Positions 39,721-50,143 are shown, counted from the stretch's first letter. The stretch: DNA of 64,000 nt from a bacterium (GCA_037137535.1 JBAXKC010000005.1:43908-107907), one strand, 5' to 3'. Program-made: numbers and translations. Notes: a model not told the origin generated them from the letters alone.

Positions 39721-41028
39721 TTATTCATTCCATAGCTTGCTAAATTCGTTTATGGTTTCTTCTAGCCATTCTCTTCCTTTAGCTAAACTCTTCCAATCAA
39801 GTTTTTCATCCGATGAGTGCATATTTTCTATATTCGCCAATCCGACTAAGATAGGTAAGAATTTTTCACCTTTTTCATTCGTTTTTTCATTTGCATAAAT
39901 ATGAGTTTCAGCACCTGCATGGAAAACACTTTCTTTTGAGTTAATCTCAAGGTTATTTGCCGCTATGCTTATCGCCTTGCTTAACGGATTATTTTCTGAT
40001 TTAAGAAAAGGTTTTAGATGCTTTTGTATGACAACTTCAACTTTTATTTTACCGTTATATTTTTTTTCTGTTTCTGAAACGATATTTTTAATAATATTTA
40101 ATAATTCTTCTTCAGGCTCAATTTCACTACTGCGTAAGGAATATGAAATATAGGCTTCTGAAGAAATTATGTTTAATGGTGATTCTTGAGAAATTGTTTT
40201 CATTGCTTCTTTTGCCGCATATTTTGGAAGAATATTTTTTTGAGTTTTTATATTTGCTATGGTATCTTTTATAGCCTCATTAAAATAACCGCCTGCCGAA
40301 CCTCCGATAATTACACCTGCATTTATGGAAGTTACAACACCTTTATCAGTTTGCTTAAATACACCTTGAGGTATTTTAGAATCTATTTCCGTTAAAATTT
40401 TAATAGCACTGATTCTGTCGATATCAGATATATTAATCCCCGAGTGTCCGCCTTTTCCACCTGTTACATTAATATAAACATTGGTAAAGCCAGCCCCTGC
40501 AACGTCATGCTCTCCGAGTTTTTCACCGTCTGCAACAATTACATATTTTGATTTTAATTTTGAAGTATCAAGATTTCTTATTCCGGTCATTCCCATTTCT
40601 TCGTCTTTGGTGAATGTTGCTTCAAGCATTCCATGAGAAGTTTTTGAGTCAAGACTGTTTAGGCCTATTAAGAGATCCATTATTGCAGCTACGCCAGCTT
40701 TATTATCTGCACCAAGCGTTCTTGTCTTATCAGTTTCAATAAAAACACCGTTTTTAGATAATTTTAAGTTAACAGCATCAGAACCTCCAACTACGTCCAT
40801 ATGTGCTGATAATAAAAGTGAAGGGATGTTTTTACAACCCGAAGAAGCAGGGATTTTAGCTATAACATTACCAAAAGTATCATATTTAGCAGCAATTCCA
40901 TGAATGCTTAAAATTTCTATGATTCTTTCTGATACTTGTTTCTCTTTCCCCGATGGAGACGGGATTTCAGCGAGTTCGCAAAAAAGATCAATAACTCTGT
41001 GTTCTTTTTTTATCTGCTCAAGGTTCAT
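39721..41028 (-). CDS. M20/M25/M40 family metallopeptidase (PepT-like)
   Basis: IPSPSGKE, SAHMDVV, LGADNKAG, DEEMG, GKGGHSG, MHSSDE. Confidence 0.88.
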   Translation of the reverse strand: MNLEQIKKEHRVIDLFCELAEIPSPSGKEKQVSERIIEILSIHGIAAKYDTFGNVIAKIPASSGCKNIPSLLLSAHMDVVGGSDAVNLKLSKNGVFIETDKTRTLGADNKAGVAAIMDLLIGLNSLDSKTSHGMLEATFTKDEEMGMTGIRNLDTSKLKSKYVIVADGEKLGEHDVAGAGFTNVYINVTGGKGGHSGINISDIDRISAIKILTEIDSKIPQGVFKQTDKGVVTSINAGVIIGGSAGGYFNEAIKDTIANIKTQKNILPKYAAKEAMKTISQESPLNIISSEAYISYSLRSSEIEPEEELLNIIKNIVSETEKKYNGKIKVEVVIQKHLKPFLKSENNPLSKAISIAANNLEINSKESVFHAGAETHIYANEKTNEKGEKFLPILVGLANIENMHSSDEKLDWKSLAKGREWLEETINEFSKLWNE

Positions 41029-41203
41029 AAATACTTCCTTTCAAACATGCTTTGCGAATACCATTTTGTTTATGTAATAATTAAACTACATCTATATGTG
41101 TTATTGTATGTGAATTTTCTTTTATTTTATAATGTAATAGAAAATAAAGGATTTTATTCTCTGATTATATCAAATCTTTGAGAAACTAAAGCAGGAGAAA
41201 AAA

Positions 41204-41329
41204 ATGAGCGAATATGTTTTTAAAATGAAAAAAGGCGAAATTGAGATTGAATTGAAATCTGATGATGCCAGATTCATTGAAGATCAACTTGACAAGTGGA
41301 GAGAAGCTCTTCTTAATAAAGAAGACTAA
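41204..41329 (+). CDS. 41-aa small protein, stand-alone paralog of the N-terminal domain of 41352..42677 (not in ORF track)
   Basis: AGGAG RBS; MSEYVFKMKKGEIEIELKSDDARFIEDQLDKWREALLNKED*; ungapped similarity to the downstream protein. Confidence 0.85.
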   Translation: MSEYVFKMKKGEIEIELKSDDARFIEDQLDKWREALLNKED

Positions 41330-41351
41330 AAACTGAAGGAAGGGTAAAGCA

Positions 41352-42677
41352 TTGCCTCACTATTATTTATTCAAACTAAAAAAGAATGATGTGGTTTTTG
41401 AATTTTCTTCTCAAGACCCTAAGCTGATGTATTCTCAGTTCAATAAATGGGCTGAAGAATTAATTGGTTCAACTTCAAAAAAAATCGGTTCGCCTGTAAA
41501 AAAGGCCGAGCCTGTTAAAGTTCAACAAGCTGTAAAAATTGAGAAAAAACAAGAACCTATTATTATAGAAACTGTTAAAGTTGTTACAAGAGAAGAATAT
41601 GAGGCAATGCAAAAGCAGCAGGCTGCTCCGCTTGAACCTGCTGAAATACCTCAACCGGTATTAAAGGATTATCCTGAAGAATTTGAAGAAGAAGCCACAA
41701 TTGTAGAAGAACCTGTTCAGCAAGAAGTAGTTCAAGTCGAGGAAATTCAAGAGCCTATTATACAGGAAGTTAAAAAAGTAATTTCTGAACAATTACCGCC
41801 TCCTGTCAAATTAAGGTCTTTAAGTCTTGATGATATTGATATCAGCACAAGACAAGAACCTATTGTTCAACAAACAGAAGAAATTAAAGATGATTTTATT
41901 ACTTTTGAAACAATAGAAAAAAAACCTGAAATTATAATTGAAGAACCTTCTGTTAAAGAAACAGAAGAGGTTGTGACTTTCCCTAATGCAGTTGAATCAA
42001 CTTCAAAGTTTAAACTTACTGAAGATAATGAGCCAAAAGCATATGAATTTAAGACTTTTAATCAGGATGAAGTGTTTGAAGAAGAGCCTGCCGTAACAGA
42101 TAAAGCTGTTGAAGAAGCTGTAATAAATGAAAAGTTCAAACCTTCAAATGTAACTGCAAGTGATGCTTCAAAAGATCAATTCTTTAAAATATTACAAAAA
42201 AAGTTTAGTTCAATAGTTGACGAACCTGAAGTTGAAGAAGTTAAGCCTAAGAATATTATTAAAGAAGAACTTCCGCCTCTTTCAAGTCCGGAAGTCGAAT
42301 ATAAGAAACCGGAAATAAGTTCTTATACTCCGCTTGAAGAAGTGAGAACCGCTCCTCAGCCTTCAATGCAAAATAAAGCATTGGATTTGAAAAATTTAGA
42401 TAATTTGATTCAGTTGAAAAAACCTGATAATATGTTTGATTATTTACTTATAGCCGCATATTATTTAAAAGAAGGTGAGTTTTTAGATCGTTATTCTCTA
42501 AAGCAGATGAATTCTAAAATATTTCCATATACCAGAAAGCCTATTGATCACTCTATAATTCAAAAAGCTGTTGCCAGAAATTACATTGAGGTAGTACCTG
42601 ACTATACAGGAATGGCTGAAGTTACTGAATATGTTATTACTGATGAAGGCGAGAATTATTTAATAAATGAACTCTAA
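41352..42677 (+). CDS. Orphan protein: small N-terminal domain, long E/P-rich linker, C-terminal winged-helix-like domain
   Basis: AAGGAAGGG upstream of TTG start; C-terminus DYLLIAAYYL...YSLKQMN...KAVARNYIEV...YVITDEGENYL. Confidence 0.8.
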   Translation: MPHYYLFKLKKNDVVFEFSSQDPKLMYSQFNKWAEELIGSTSKKIGSPVKKAEPVKVQQAVKIEKKQEPIIIETVKVVTREEYEAMQKQQAAPLEPAEIPQPVLKDYPEEFEEEATIVEEPVQQEVVQVEEIQEPIIQEVKKVISEQLPPPVKLRSLSLDDIDISTRQEPIVQQTEEIKDDFITFETIEKKPEIIIEEPSVKETEEVVTFPNAVESTSKFKLTEDNEPKAYEFKTFNQDEVFEEEPAVTDKAVEEAVINEKFKPSNVTASDASKDQFFKILQKKFSSIVDEPEVEEVKPKNIIKEELPPLSSPEVEYKKPEISSYTPLEEVRTAPQPSMQNKALDLKNLDNLIQLKKPDNMFDYLLIAAYYLKEGEFLDRYSLKQMNSKIFPYTRKPIDHSIIQKAVARNYIEVVPDYTGMAEVTEYVITDEGENYLINEL

Positions 42678-43740
42678 TACTAAAAAAACTAGAGTTGCTG
42701 TTGCTATGAGTGGCGGTGTAGATAGTAGCGTTGCAGCTTTATTATTAAAAAATCAAGGTTATGACGTAATTGGGATAACAGGGGTTATGCATTGTGGTAA
42801 TAATGCTAATGATGCTGTTATAAATGCAAAAAAAGTTTGTGAAATACTAGGTATTTCACATTTTGTTATTGATATGAAAGAACTTTTTCAAGAAAAGGTT
42901 GTTGATTATTTTGTAAATAGCTATAAAGAAGGATTAACTCCAAATCCTTGTCCTGTTTGTAATAAATTTATAAAATGGGGTAAACTCAGAAAAACTGCTC
43001 ATGAGTTGTATTTTGCTGATTTTATAGCAACAGGGCACTACGCCAATATTTCAAATGAAAAGGGTACTTATAAGCTAATTCAAGCTAAAGATAATAAAAA
43101 AGATCAGCTATATATGTTACATACACTAACGCAGGAAGATATTTCAAAAACAATGTTTCCTTTAGCAAATCTTGTTAAATCGCAAGTTAGAGAAATTGCA
43201 AGGGAAAATAACTTACCTGTTGCAGATAACAAAGAAAGTCAGGATGTTTGCTTTATTCAACCTCCTTTAACTACTCCAAAGTTTTTATCTGACAATATTG
43301 GTGAAAAAGAAGGCATGTTTGTAAGTATTCATACTAATGAAGTTTTAGGTAAGCATTCAGGCTATTATAAATATACGATTGGACAACGTAAAGGTATTGG
43401 CATTGCTCATAAAGAACCATTATATGTTGCAGGTTTAAATCCGAATGAAAATATTGTTTATCTTTGTTATAAAGATGATCTTTTTTCTACAACAACATTT
43501 GTTGAGAATATGAATTGGGTATTACCCGAATATTCAAAAAATGATTTTGAGGCCTTTTGCAAAATAAGATATAATACGTCGGCAAAAAAAGCTAAAATAA
43601 TACATCTTGATAATAATAAAGTGAAAATTATATTTGATGAGCCTGAATCAGCTGTAACAATAGGACAAATGGCTGTTATCTATTCTGCTGACAATAGTTT
43701 TCTTATTGGTGGCGGAACAATATACGGAGTAAATGAATAA
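42667..43740 (+). CDS. mnmA: tRNA 2-thiouridine(34) synthase
   Basis: AMSGGVDSS, TPNPCPVCN, ATGHY, KDQLY, ESQDVCF, YTIGQRKG. Confidence 0.97.
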   Translation: MNSNTKKTRVAVAMSGGVDSSVAALLLKNQGYDVIGITGVMHCGNNANDAVINAKKVCEILGISHFVIDMKELFQEKVVDYFVNSYKEGLTPNPCPVCNKFIKWGKLRKTAHELYFADFIATGHYANISNEKGTYKLIQAKDNKKDQLYMLHTLTQEDISKTMFPLANLVKSQVREIARENNLPVADNKESQDVCFIQPPLTTPKFLSDNIGEKEGMFVSIHTNEVLGKHSGYYKYTIGQRKGIGIAHKEPLYVAGLNPNENIVYLCYKDDLFSTTTFVENMNWVLPEYSKNDFEAFCKIRYNTSAKKAKIIHLDNNKVKIIFDEPESAVTIGQMAVIYSADNSFLIGGGTIYGVNE

Positions 43741-43756
43741 TTTAAAGGATTAGGGT

Positions 43757-45496
43757 ATGAATAATATTCAAAAGACACTAGCTGTTTCTTTGCTATCTCT
43801 TTCTCTATCAACTTGTGCATTTTCAAAAAATGCAGTTTATCATCATAAAAATATTCATTCTGTAAAAAAGAATAAAATAGCAGTCAAAAAGCTCACTTAT
43901 GTAAAAAATAAAAAAAATGTTGTAACTCCTAAGCATGAAGTTTTTATTAAGAATGATGATTCAATTAAAACGGCAATAACAGTTAATGACGGTATAACCT
44001 TTGATGATTTGGTTGCGTTATCAAAAAATCCACATCCTGACGGTGTTTTAGGTTATAAACTTCAAAAAGTATTAACTACTCCAATAGTTGATAATACTAT
44101 TAATCCTAATCCTTCATCTGATGAAAAATATAGTACCTCAATTGGTGATTATATCAGGGTAGCCAGTTGGAATATTGAAAGAGGTTTGAATTTAGATAAT
44201 ATAAAATTATTATTTTCTAATGATGATGAGTTGTTGAAAAAAGTTAATCCTAAAGCTAATAAAATTGATGTAGAGAAAGAGGCTAATCAACTTAAGCAGT
44301 CTGATATTATTGTAATGAATGAAGTTGATGACGGTATGCCGAGGACAGGATACAGAAATGTTGCTAAAGAATTAGCAGAAACCTTACATTATAATTATGC
44401 TTATGCACCTGAATTTTTAGAAGTGGACCCCGCTCATCTTGGTGAGGAAGATTGCCAGTGGTCAGAAGAAAAATATCTATTTCCAGATAAAAAATATGAA
44501 GTAGATAAATCTAAATACAAAGGTCTTCATGGAAATGCAATTTTAAGTAAATATCCCCTTGAAAATGTTAGAATTGTAAGACTTCCAGCGGCTTATGATT
44601 GGTTTCAAGGTGAAAGAGATAAGGTAACTGAACTGGAAACAGCAAGAAGAGAAGCTGCTAAGGTTATTTTTAAAGAGGAAATGCTAAGAGAAATCAGGCA
44701 AGGTGGCAGAATGGCTATAATTGCCGATGTGGTAGTTCCGAAAACAAATCAAAAAATTACTGTAGTTGCGGCACATATTGAAAATAGAACTACTCCTGCT
44801 AGAAGACTTGTTCAGCTAAAAGCTATACTTGATGATATAAAAGATGTTCATAACCCTGTAATATTCGCAGGTGACTTTAATACAACTATATCTGATGGCT
44901 CTCCGACAAGTGTAAAAAAAGAAGTCTTAAAAAGAATAACCGATCCTGAGTTTATTGCCAGAAATGCAATAATGACAATGCTTCCTTTATCATATGTTGT
45001 TAATATTTCATCTTTAACAGGTAATTTCGTTAGAAAATACACCGACCCTACAGTAAAAAATATACCTGTAATCGCTCCTAACAAAGAAAGATCTTTCTTT
45101 AATACTTTAAGAAAATTTACTTTTAATGACGGTTATCAGTTTGATTTCAGAGGGGAGAAAAATAGAACCCGTAAAGGTGAAAATGGTCTTATTGCTCAAT
45201 CTAATGAACGTCAATATAAAGGTTTTGTACCTACTTATGTATTTGAGCGTCCGCTTGTTCTAGGGCGTTATAAATTAGATTGGATTTTTGTAAAATCATT
45301 CTCTGAAAAATCGACTGATGATGATCAAAGTTTTAAACTTGCTCCACATTTCGGCTCAACATTAAGGGCATTAAATTATTCATTTACTCCGATATTATCT
45401 GATCATGCGCCAATAACTGCAGATTTACCTTTAAATGAACCGCCCAAGCATATAAAAAGAGAAAAATCGATAAAGACGACTAAGGAAAATAAATAA
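43757..45496 (+). CDS. Exported endonuclease/exonuclease/phosphatase (EEP) family protein
   Basis: Signal peptide; VASWNI, MNEVD, HGNAILSKYP, AGDFN, KLDWIF, SDHAPI. Confidence 0.88.
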   Translation: MNNIQKTLAVSLLSLSLSTCAFSKNAVYHHKNIHSVKKNKIAVKKLTYVKNKKNVVTPKHEVFIKNDDSIKTAITVNDGITFDDLVALSKNPHPDGVLGYKLQKVLTTPIVDNTINPNPSSDEKYSTSIGDYIRVASWNIERGLNLDNIKLLFSNDDELLKKVNPKANKIDVEKEANQLKQSDIIVMNEVDDGMPRTGYRNVAKELAETLHYNYAYAPEFLEVDPAHLGEEDCQWSEEKYLFPDKKYEVDKSKYKGLHGNAILSKYPLENVRIVRLPAAYDWFQGERDKVTELETARREAAKVIFKEEMLREIRQGGRMAIIADVVVPKTNQKITVVAAHIENRTTPARRLVQLKAILDDIKDVHNPVIFAGDFNTTISDGSPTSVKKEVLKRITDPEFIARNAIMTMLPLSYVVNISSLTGNFVRKYTDPTVKNIPVIAPNKERSFFNTLRKFTFNDGYQFDFRGEKNRTRKGENGLIAQSNERQYKGFVPTYVFERPLVLGRYKLDWIFVKSFSEKSTDDDQSFKLAPHFGSTLRALNYSFTPILSDHAPITADLPLNEPPKHIKREKSIKTTKENK

Positions 45497-48372
45497 TGAC
45501 CTCTAAAACCCTAATTCTTATAGATGGACACGCTTTAGCCTATAGATCATATTTTGCACTCGAGAGAACCGGTATGAAAACTCGTGACGGCAAACATACA
45601 TGGGCTGTTTTCGGATTTTTTAAAGCAATCTTTGATTTGCTGGCAAGAGTTCAACCTGATGCAATTGCAGTAACTTTTGATTGTGGAAGAGAAACATTCA
45701 GACTGGAAGCTTATTCTGAATATAAAGCGAATAGGCAGTCTATGCCAGATTCTATGAGAGAGCAGCTTCAATATATTCATGAGGGGGTAGAGGCTTTAGA
45801 TATTCCTATTTATAAATTACCTGGGTTTGAAGCGGATGATTTAATCGGGACAATAGTTACAAGAGCAAAATCATTAGGTCATAAATCTTTGATATTAACT
45901 GGTGATCAGGATTCATTCCAGTTGATTGATAAAGAAGGTCAAATTAAAGTTTTAATCCCATCAAAAGGCGAACTTGTAGAATATGACAGAGACAAAGTTC
46001 ATGAAAAAATGGAAATTTATCCTGAAGATGTTGTCGATTATAAAGCATTAAGAGGTGATACCTCAGATAATATTCCAGGTGTTAAAGGTATAGGCGAGAA
46101 AACAGCTGTTAAGCTCTTAAAAGAATTTGGTACGTTAGACGGTGTTTATGAGCATATTAATGAAATTACGTCTAAGAGCATTAAATCTAAACTTGAAACT
46201 GATAAAGAAATAGCCTATAAAAGTCAATTTCTTGCGACTATTAAACTTGATGTGCCTATGGAATTCGACTTTGAGCATACTCATCTTACAATGCCGAATA
46301 TTGATAAACTTTCCGAGTTTTTGACAACTTTTCAGTTAAATGCTTTTTTAAAACAATTACCGACTATTTTAAAGCCTTTTAACAACGGAGTAGTTCCGGA
46401 TATTAAATTAACAGCAGAACCTGAAATTAAAACTGATTCTCAGCTTAGTTTGTTTAGTCAAATGCCCCAAGAAAATAATCATGAAAAAGCTATAATTGAG
46501 CAAGAAATAAGTGATTGTAAACATACTCTCGAAATAATTGACAGTGAGCAAAAACTTGATGATTTAATTAAAATTCTCAACCTTGCAACTGTTATTTCGC
46601 TTGATACGGAAACAACTGACCTTGATACTTTAAGAGCTGATCTTGTTGGTATTTCTTTTGGAATAAATCCTCAAGTGAATTTTAAAGATGGTAATTTATT
46701 TGCAGATAAAACAAAAAATGATTGTGTTAATACTTTTTATATTCCTGTTGGACATATTGAAGGTAAGCAGCTAGACAGAATCTTTGTTTTAGATAAATTA
46801 AAACTCGTTTTTGAAAATGACAATATAAAAAAAGTTTTACAAAATGCGAAATATGAAATAAATATTTTAAAAAATTATAATATTACCTTAAAAGGCATAA
46901 TTTTTGACACAATGCTTGCAAGTTATGTGAAAGATCCCGCAGGAAAACATGGCTTAAAGCAGCAGGCTCTTTTGCATCTTAATTATTCAATGACAAAGAT
47001 TGAAGAGTTAATTGGCAAAGGCAAAAATGCATTAACAATGGATAAAGTTTCTATTAATGATTCTGCAAAATATGCCTGTATGGATGCGGCTTCAACAATT
47101 AATCTTGCTGACTATTATTTAACAAAACTCGATAATAAAGATAAAGAAATTTTAAATGATATAGAAATGCCTTTAATTTCTGTACTTGCGGATATGGAAA
47201 GAACTGGAGTTTGTGTAGATAAAGAATATCTGGCAGAATTATCAAAAGAACTTGGTTCAAAATTAGAAAAAATAGAAACAGCTATTTTTGAAATTGCGGG
47301 GGAACGATTTAATGTTAATTCCCCGAAACAGGTTGCCGATATTTTATTTGAAAAACTTCAATTACCTGTTAAAGCAGGGAGTAAGACAAAGACAGGTATT
47401 AGTACCGATGCAAAAACTCTTGAATATTTAAAAGATATTAATCCTATTGCGGGTTTATTACTCGAACATAGGCATTTATCAAAACTTAAATCAACTTATG
47501 TTGATTCATTGCCGCTTCTTATAAATCCTAAAACAAAACGTATTCATACGAGTTATAATCAAACAGCAACAACAACAGGACGTCTTTCAAGCAGTAATCC
47601 TAACTTGCAGAATATTCCAATCAGGTCTGAAATTGGTAATAGAATAAGGGCGGCTTTTGTAACAGAAGACCATGAAAATTATGTTATTCTTGCTGCGGAT
47701 TATTCACAAATTGAATTAAGGCTTTTAGCTCATGTTTCTCAAGATGAAAACTTAGTATCGGCATTTAGAAATAATATCGATATTCATACAGATACAGCTT
47801 CAAAAGTGTTTAACGTATCAACTGAAGAAGTTACAAAAGATATGCGTAGACAGGCAAAAGCTGTAAACTTCGGTATTATATACGGGCAAACAAGTTATGG
47901 GCTTTCCGAATCCCTTGGTATTCCTGCATCAGAAGCTAAGCAAATGATTGAAAAGTATTTTGAAACATATCCTAAAATTAAAGAATATATTGAAAATACT
48001 ATTAAAGAAGCTCAACAGAATGGATGTGTTGCCACATTCTATGGAAGAAAGCGTTATTTTGACGAAGATATTCACAGTAGAAATAAAAATATCAGAGAAT
48101 TTGCTCAAAGAGCGGCTGTAAATGCACCTTTGCAGGGAACTGCCGCGGATCTGATAAAACTTGCAATGATAAAACTTCATGATGAATTGCAAAAAAGAAA
48201 ATTAAAATCTAAACTTATTTTGCAGGTGCATGATGAATTGGTACTTGAAACAGCTAAAGATGAGCTTGATGAAGTTATAAATCTTGTAAAAGATTGTATG
48301 GAGCTAAATCAACCGTTTTCAGTTCCTCTTGAAATTGATATAACAAGTGCAAAAAACTGGATGGAAGTATAA
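45496..48372 (+). CDS. polA: DNA polymerase I
   Basis: 5'-3' exonuclease (LIDG, EADD, GDTSDNIPGV), DTET exonuclease motif, TGRLSS, ADYSQIELR, QVHDE. Confidence 0.98.
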   Translation: MTSKTLILIDGHALAYRSYFALERTGMKTRDGKHTWAVFGFFKAIFDLLARVQPDAIAVTFDCGRETFRLEAYSEYKANRQSMPDSMREQLQYIHEGVEALDIPIYKLPGFEADDLIGTIVTRAKSLGHKSLILTGDQDSFQLIDKEGQIKVLIPSKGELVEYDRDKVHEKMEIYPEDVVDYKALRGDTSDNIPGVKGIGEKTAVKLLKEFGTLDGVYEHINEITSKSIKSKLETDKEIAYKSQFLATIKLDVPMEFDFEHTHLTMPNIDKLSEFLTTFQLNAFLKQLPTILKPFNNGVVPDIKLTAEPEIKTDSQLSLFSQMPQENNHEKAIIEQEISDCKHTLEIIDSEQKLDDLIKILNLATVISLDTETTDLDTLRADLVGISFGINPQVNFKDGNLFADKTKNDCVNTFYIPVGHIEGKQLDRIFVLDKLKLVFENDNIKKVLQNAKYEINILKNYNITLKGIIFDTMLASYVKDPAGKHGLKQQALLHLNYSMTKIEELIGKGKNALTMDKVSINDSAKYACMDAASTINLADYYLTKLDNKDKEILNDIEMPLISVLADMERTGVCVDKEYLAELSKELGSKLEKIETAIFEIAGERFNVNSPKQVADILFEKLQLPVKAGSKTKTGISTDAKTLEYLKDINPIAGLLLEHRHLSKLKSTYVDSLPLLINPKTKRIHTSYNQTATTTGRLSSSNPNLQNIPIRSEIGNRIRAAFVTEDHENYVILAADYSQIELRLLAHVSQDENLVSAFRNNIDIHTDTASKVFNVSTEEVTKDMRRQAKAVNFGIIYGQTSYGLSESLGIPASEAKQMIEKYFETYPKIKEYIENTIKEAQQNGCVATFYGRKRYFDEDIHSRNKNIREFAQRAAVNAPLQGTAADLIKLAMIKLHDELQKRKLKSKLILQVHDELVLETAKDELDEVINLVKDCMELNQPFSVPLEIDITSAKNWMEV

Positions 48373-48432
48373 AAAACTTTGAATTTAGCGTTTAACTGTT
48401 AAAATTAATATATAGTTAAACGGAGAAAGATA

Positions 48433-49110
48433 ATGCACATTCCAGACGGTTTTTTAAGTCCAATTACTTGTATAACTTGTTATGCAGCAATAATTCCGTT
48501 TTGGATTATATTCTCAAAAAAAGTACAAAAGGGTATGAATACTCAATTAATGTCGTATGCAGCTCTGGGTGCTTCATTTTCCTTTTTAATTATGATGATA
48601 AATATACCGATTCCCGGTGGAACGTGCGGACATGCAACGGGTACAGCTTTATTGAGCCTGCTATTTGGTCCTGAATATGCTTTTATACTTGTTTCTTTAG
48701 CTTTAGCTATACAAGCGTTGATTTTTGGTGATGGCGGAATTACTACCTACGGTGCAAATGTGATTTCAATGGCATTAATCCCATCATATATAGCTCATTA
48801 TCTGAATTATATATTAGGCAAATTAAGAAATAATACAACACTTTGTCCGATAAATTCGGCTATAAGTGCTTATTTTGCTATTGTTTCTGGGGCTTTGTTT
48901 ACTTCGGTTATACTTGGCGTTCAGCCTTACTTTTTTCATTCTGCAACAGGACTTCCAATGTTTTTCCCGTATGGATTAAATGTTACTATTCCTGCTATGT
49001 TAATTCCCCATATTCTTGTATTTGGTTCTATTGAGGGAGTAATAACCTCTTTAGTTATAAAATATCTGGCAACTTCAAATAATTTATTAAATTTGCAGGT
49101 TGATGAATAA
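48433..49110 (+). CDS. Ni/Co ECF transporter substrate-binding component (NikM/CbiM)
   Basis: N-terminal MHIPDGFL; PGGTCGH; FGDGGIT. Confidence 0.92.
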   Translation: MHIPDGFLSPITCITCYAAIIPFWIIFSKKVQKGMNTQLMSYAALGASFSFLIMMINIPIPGGTCGHATGTALLSLLFGPEYAFILVSLALAIQALIFGDGGITTYGANVISMALIPSYIAHYLNYILGKLRNNTTLCPINSAISAYFAIVSGALFTSVILGVQPYFFHSATGLPMFFPYGLNVTIPAMLIPHILVFGSIEGVITSLVIKYLATSNNLLNLQVDE

Positions 49111-49439
49111 TGCAATATAAAAAGTTAAGATTAATAGTATTTTTATTAATTATAATTTCACCTCTCGGTGTTATTTTACCTGAACTTATAAAAAATAATG
49201 GCACTTGGGGCGAATGGGGCAACGATGAACTTTATAGAATGATTGGTTATTTACCTCATGGGATAAATAAACTTAGTTCTTCATGGTCATCAGTTTTTCC
49301 TGACTATTCTTTAACGTCAACTCAACATGGTTTAGTGGGCAAATCAATTGAGTATTATACCTCTGCTGTAATTGGAGCAGTTTGCTGTTTCTCTTTGAGC
49401 TTATTTTTATTAAAACGTATGAATGGAAACGTAAAATAA
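49110..49439 (+). CDS. Ni/Co ECF auxiliary component (NikN/PDGLE-domain-like)
   Basis: Two TM helices flanking WGEW...FPDY; translational coupling. Confidence 0.8.
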   Translation: MQYKKLRLIVFLLIIISPLGVILPELIKNNGTWGEWGNDELYRMIGYLPHGINKLSSSWSSVFPDYSLTSTQHGLVGKSIEYYTSAVIGAVCCFSLSLFLLKRMNGNVK

Positions 49440-49441
49440 TT

Positions 49442-50143
49442 ATGCAATTTATTGATAAAACATTAGAAGACGTAATGCAAATTTTAAAAAGAGATTATTG
49501 TTTATCCACTCAGCATAATAATCGTTTTTATAATAAAATTTCACCTGAATTAAAATTATTATTATTTAGTATTATGCTTTTAATCGTAAACTTCATTGGA
49601 AATATTCAATTTGATTTTCTTATTTCATTTTTTTTGATAATGCAGATTTATTTTATTGATTCAAAATTTAGAAGAGTTTCATTTCTGTTAATAATTTTTA
49701 ATCTTATATTTTTAAGTTTGATTTTTCTTCCCGTATTATTAACCTTCAACTTTGACAAAAACTTAGCAATAGGCTTTAGTTTAAAGCATTTTCATCTTTT
49801 TATAACTAACGTATTAAGAACAGAAACTTCTCTTATCCTTTTAATTTTATTATGGCTTACTACAAGTTGGGATAAAATTATTAAGTCATTAAAGATATTT
49901 AAAGTTCCCGACTTTATAATAGAAATTTTACTTTTAAATTATAGATATATTTTCTATTTCTTGAATTTATTAAATAATATAAACTATTCTCTAAAAAGCA
50001 GGTTGATTAAACGTGTTAATATAAGATTAATGTATAAATTTATTTCGTTTAAAATATTGTTAATACTATATAAGTCGGTTTCAATGGCTAAACAGGTAAA
50101 CATGGTGATGATTTCAAGGAGTTATAATGTCCGAAAGTTCTAA
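49442..50143 (+). CDS. ECF transmembrane component (NikQ/CbiQ)
   Basis: Multi-TM; LKIFKVP, YRYIF, KSR and ISRSY coupling-helix motifs. Confidence 0.8.
   Translation: MQFIDKTLEDVMQILKRDYCLSTQHNNRFYNKISPELKLLLFSIMLLIVNFIGNIQFDFLISFFLIMQIYFIDSKFRRVSFLLIIFNLIFLSLIFLPVLLTFNFDKNLAIGFSLKHFHLFITNVLRTETSLILLILLWLTTSWDKIIKSLKIFKVPDFIIEILLLNYRYIFYFLNLLNNINYSLKSRLIKRVNIRLMYKFISFKILLILYKSVSMAKQVNMVMISRSYNVRKF

Noticed and set aside
40936-41181. 81-aa plus-strand ORF
   Set aside because: Overlaps the peptidase start and AT-rich divergent promoter; the supported small gene is 41204-41329
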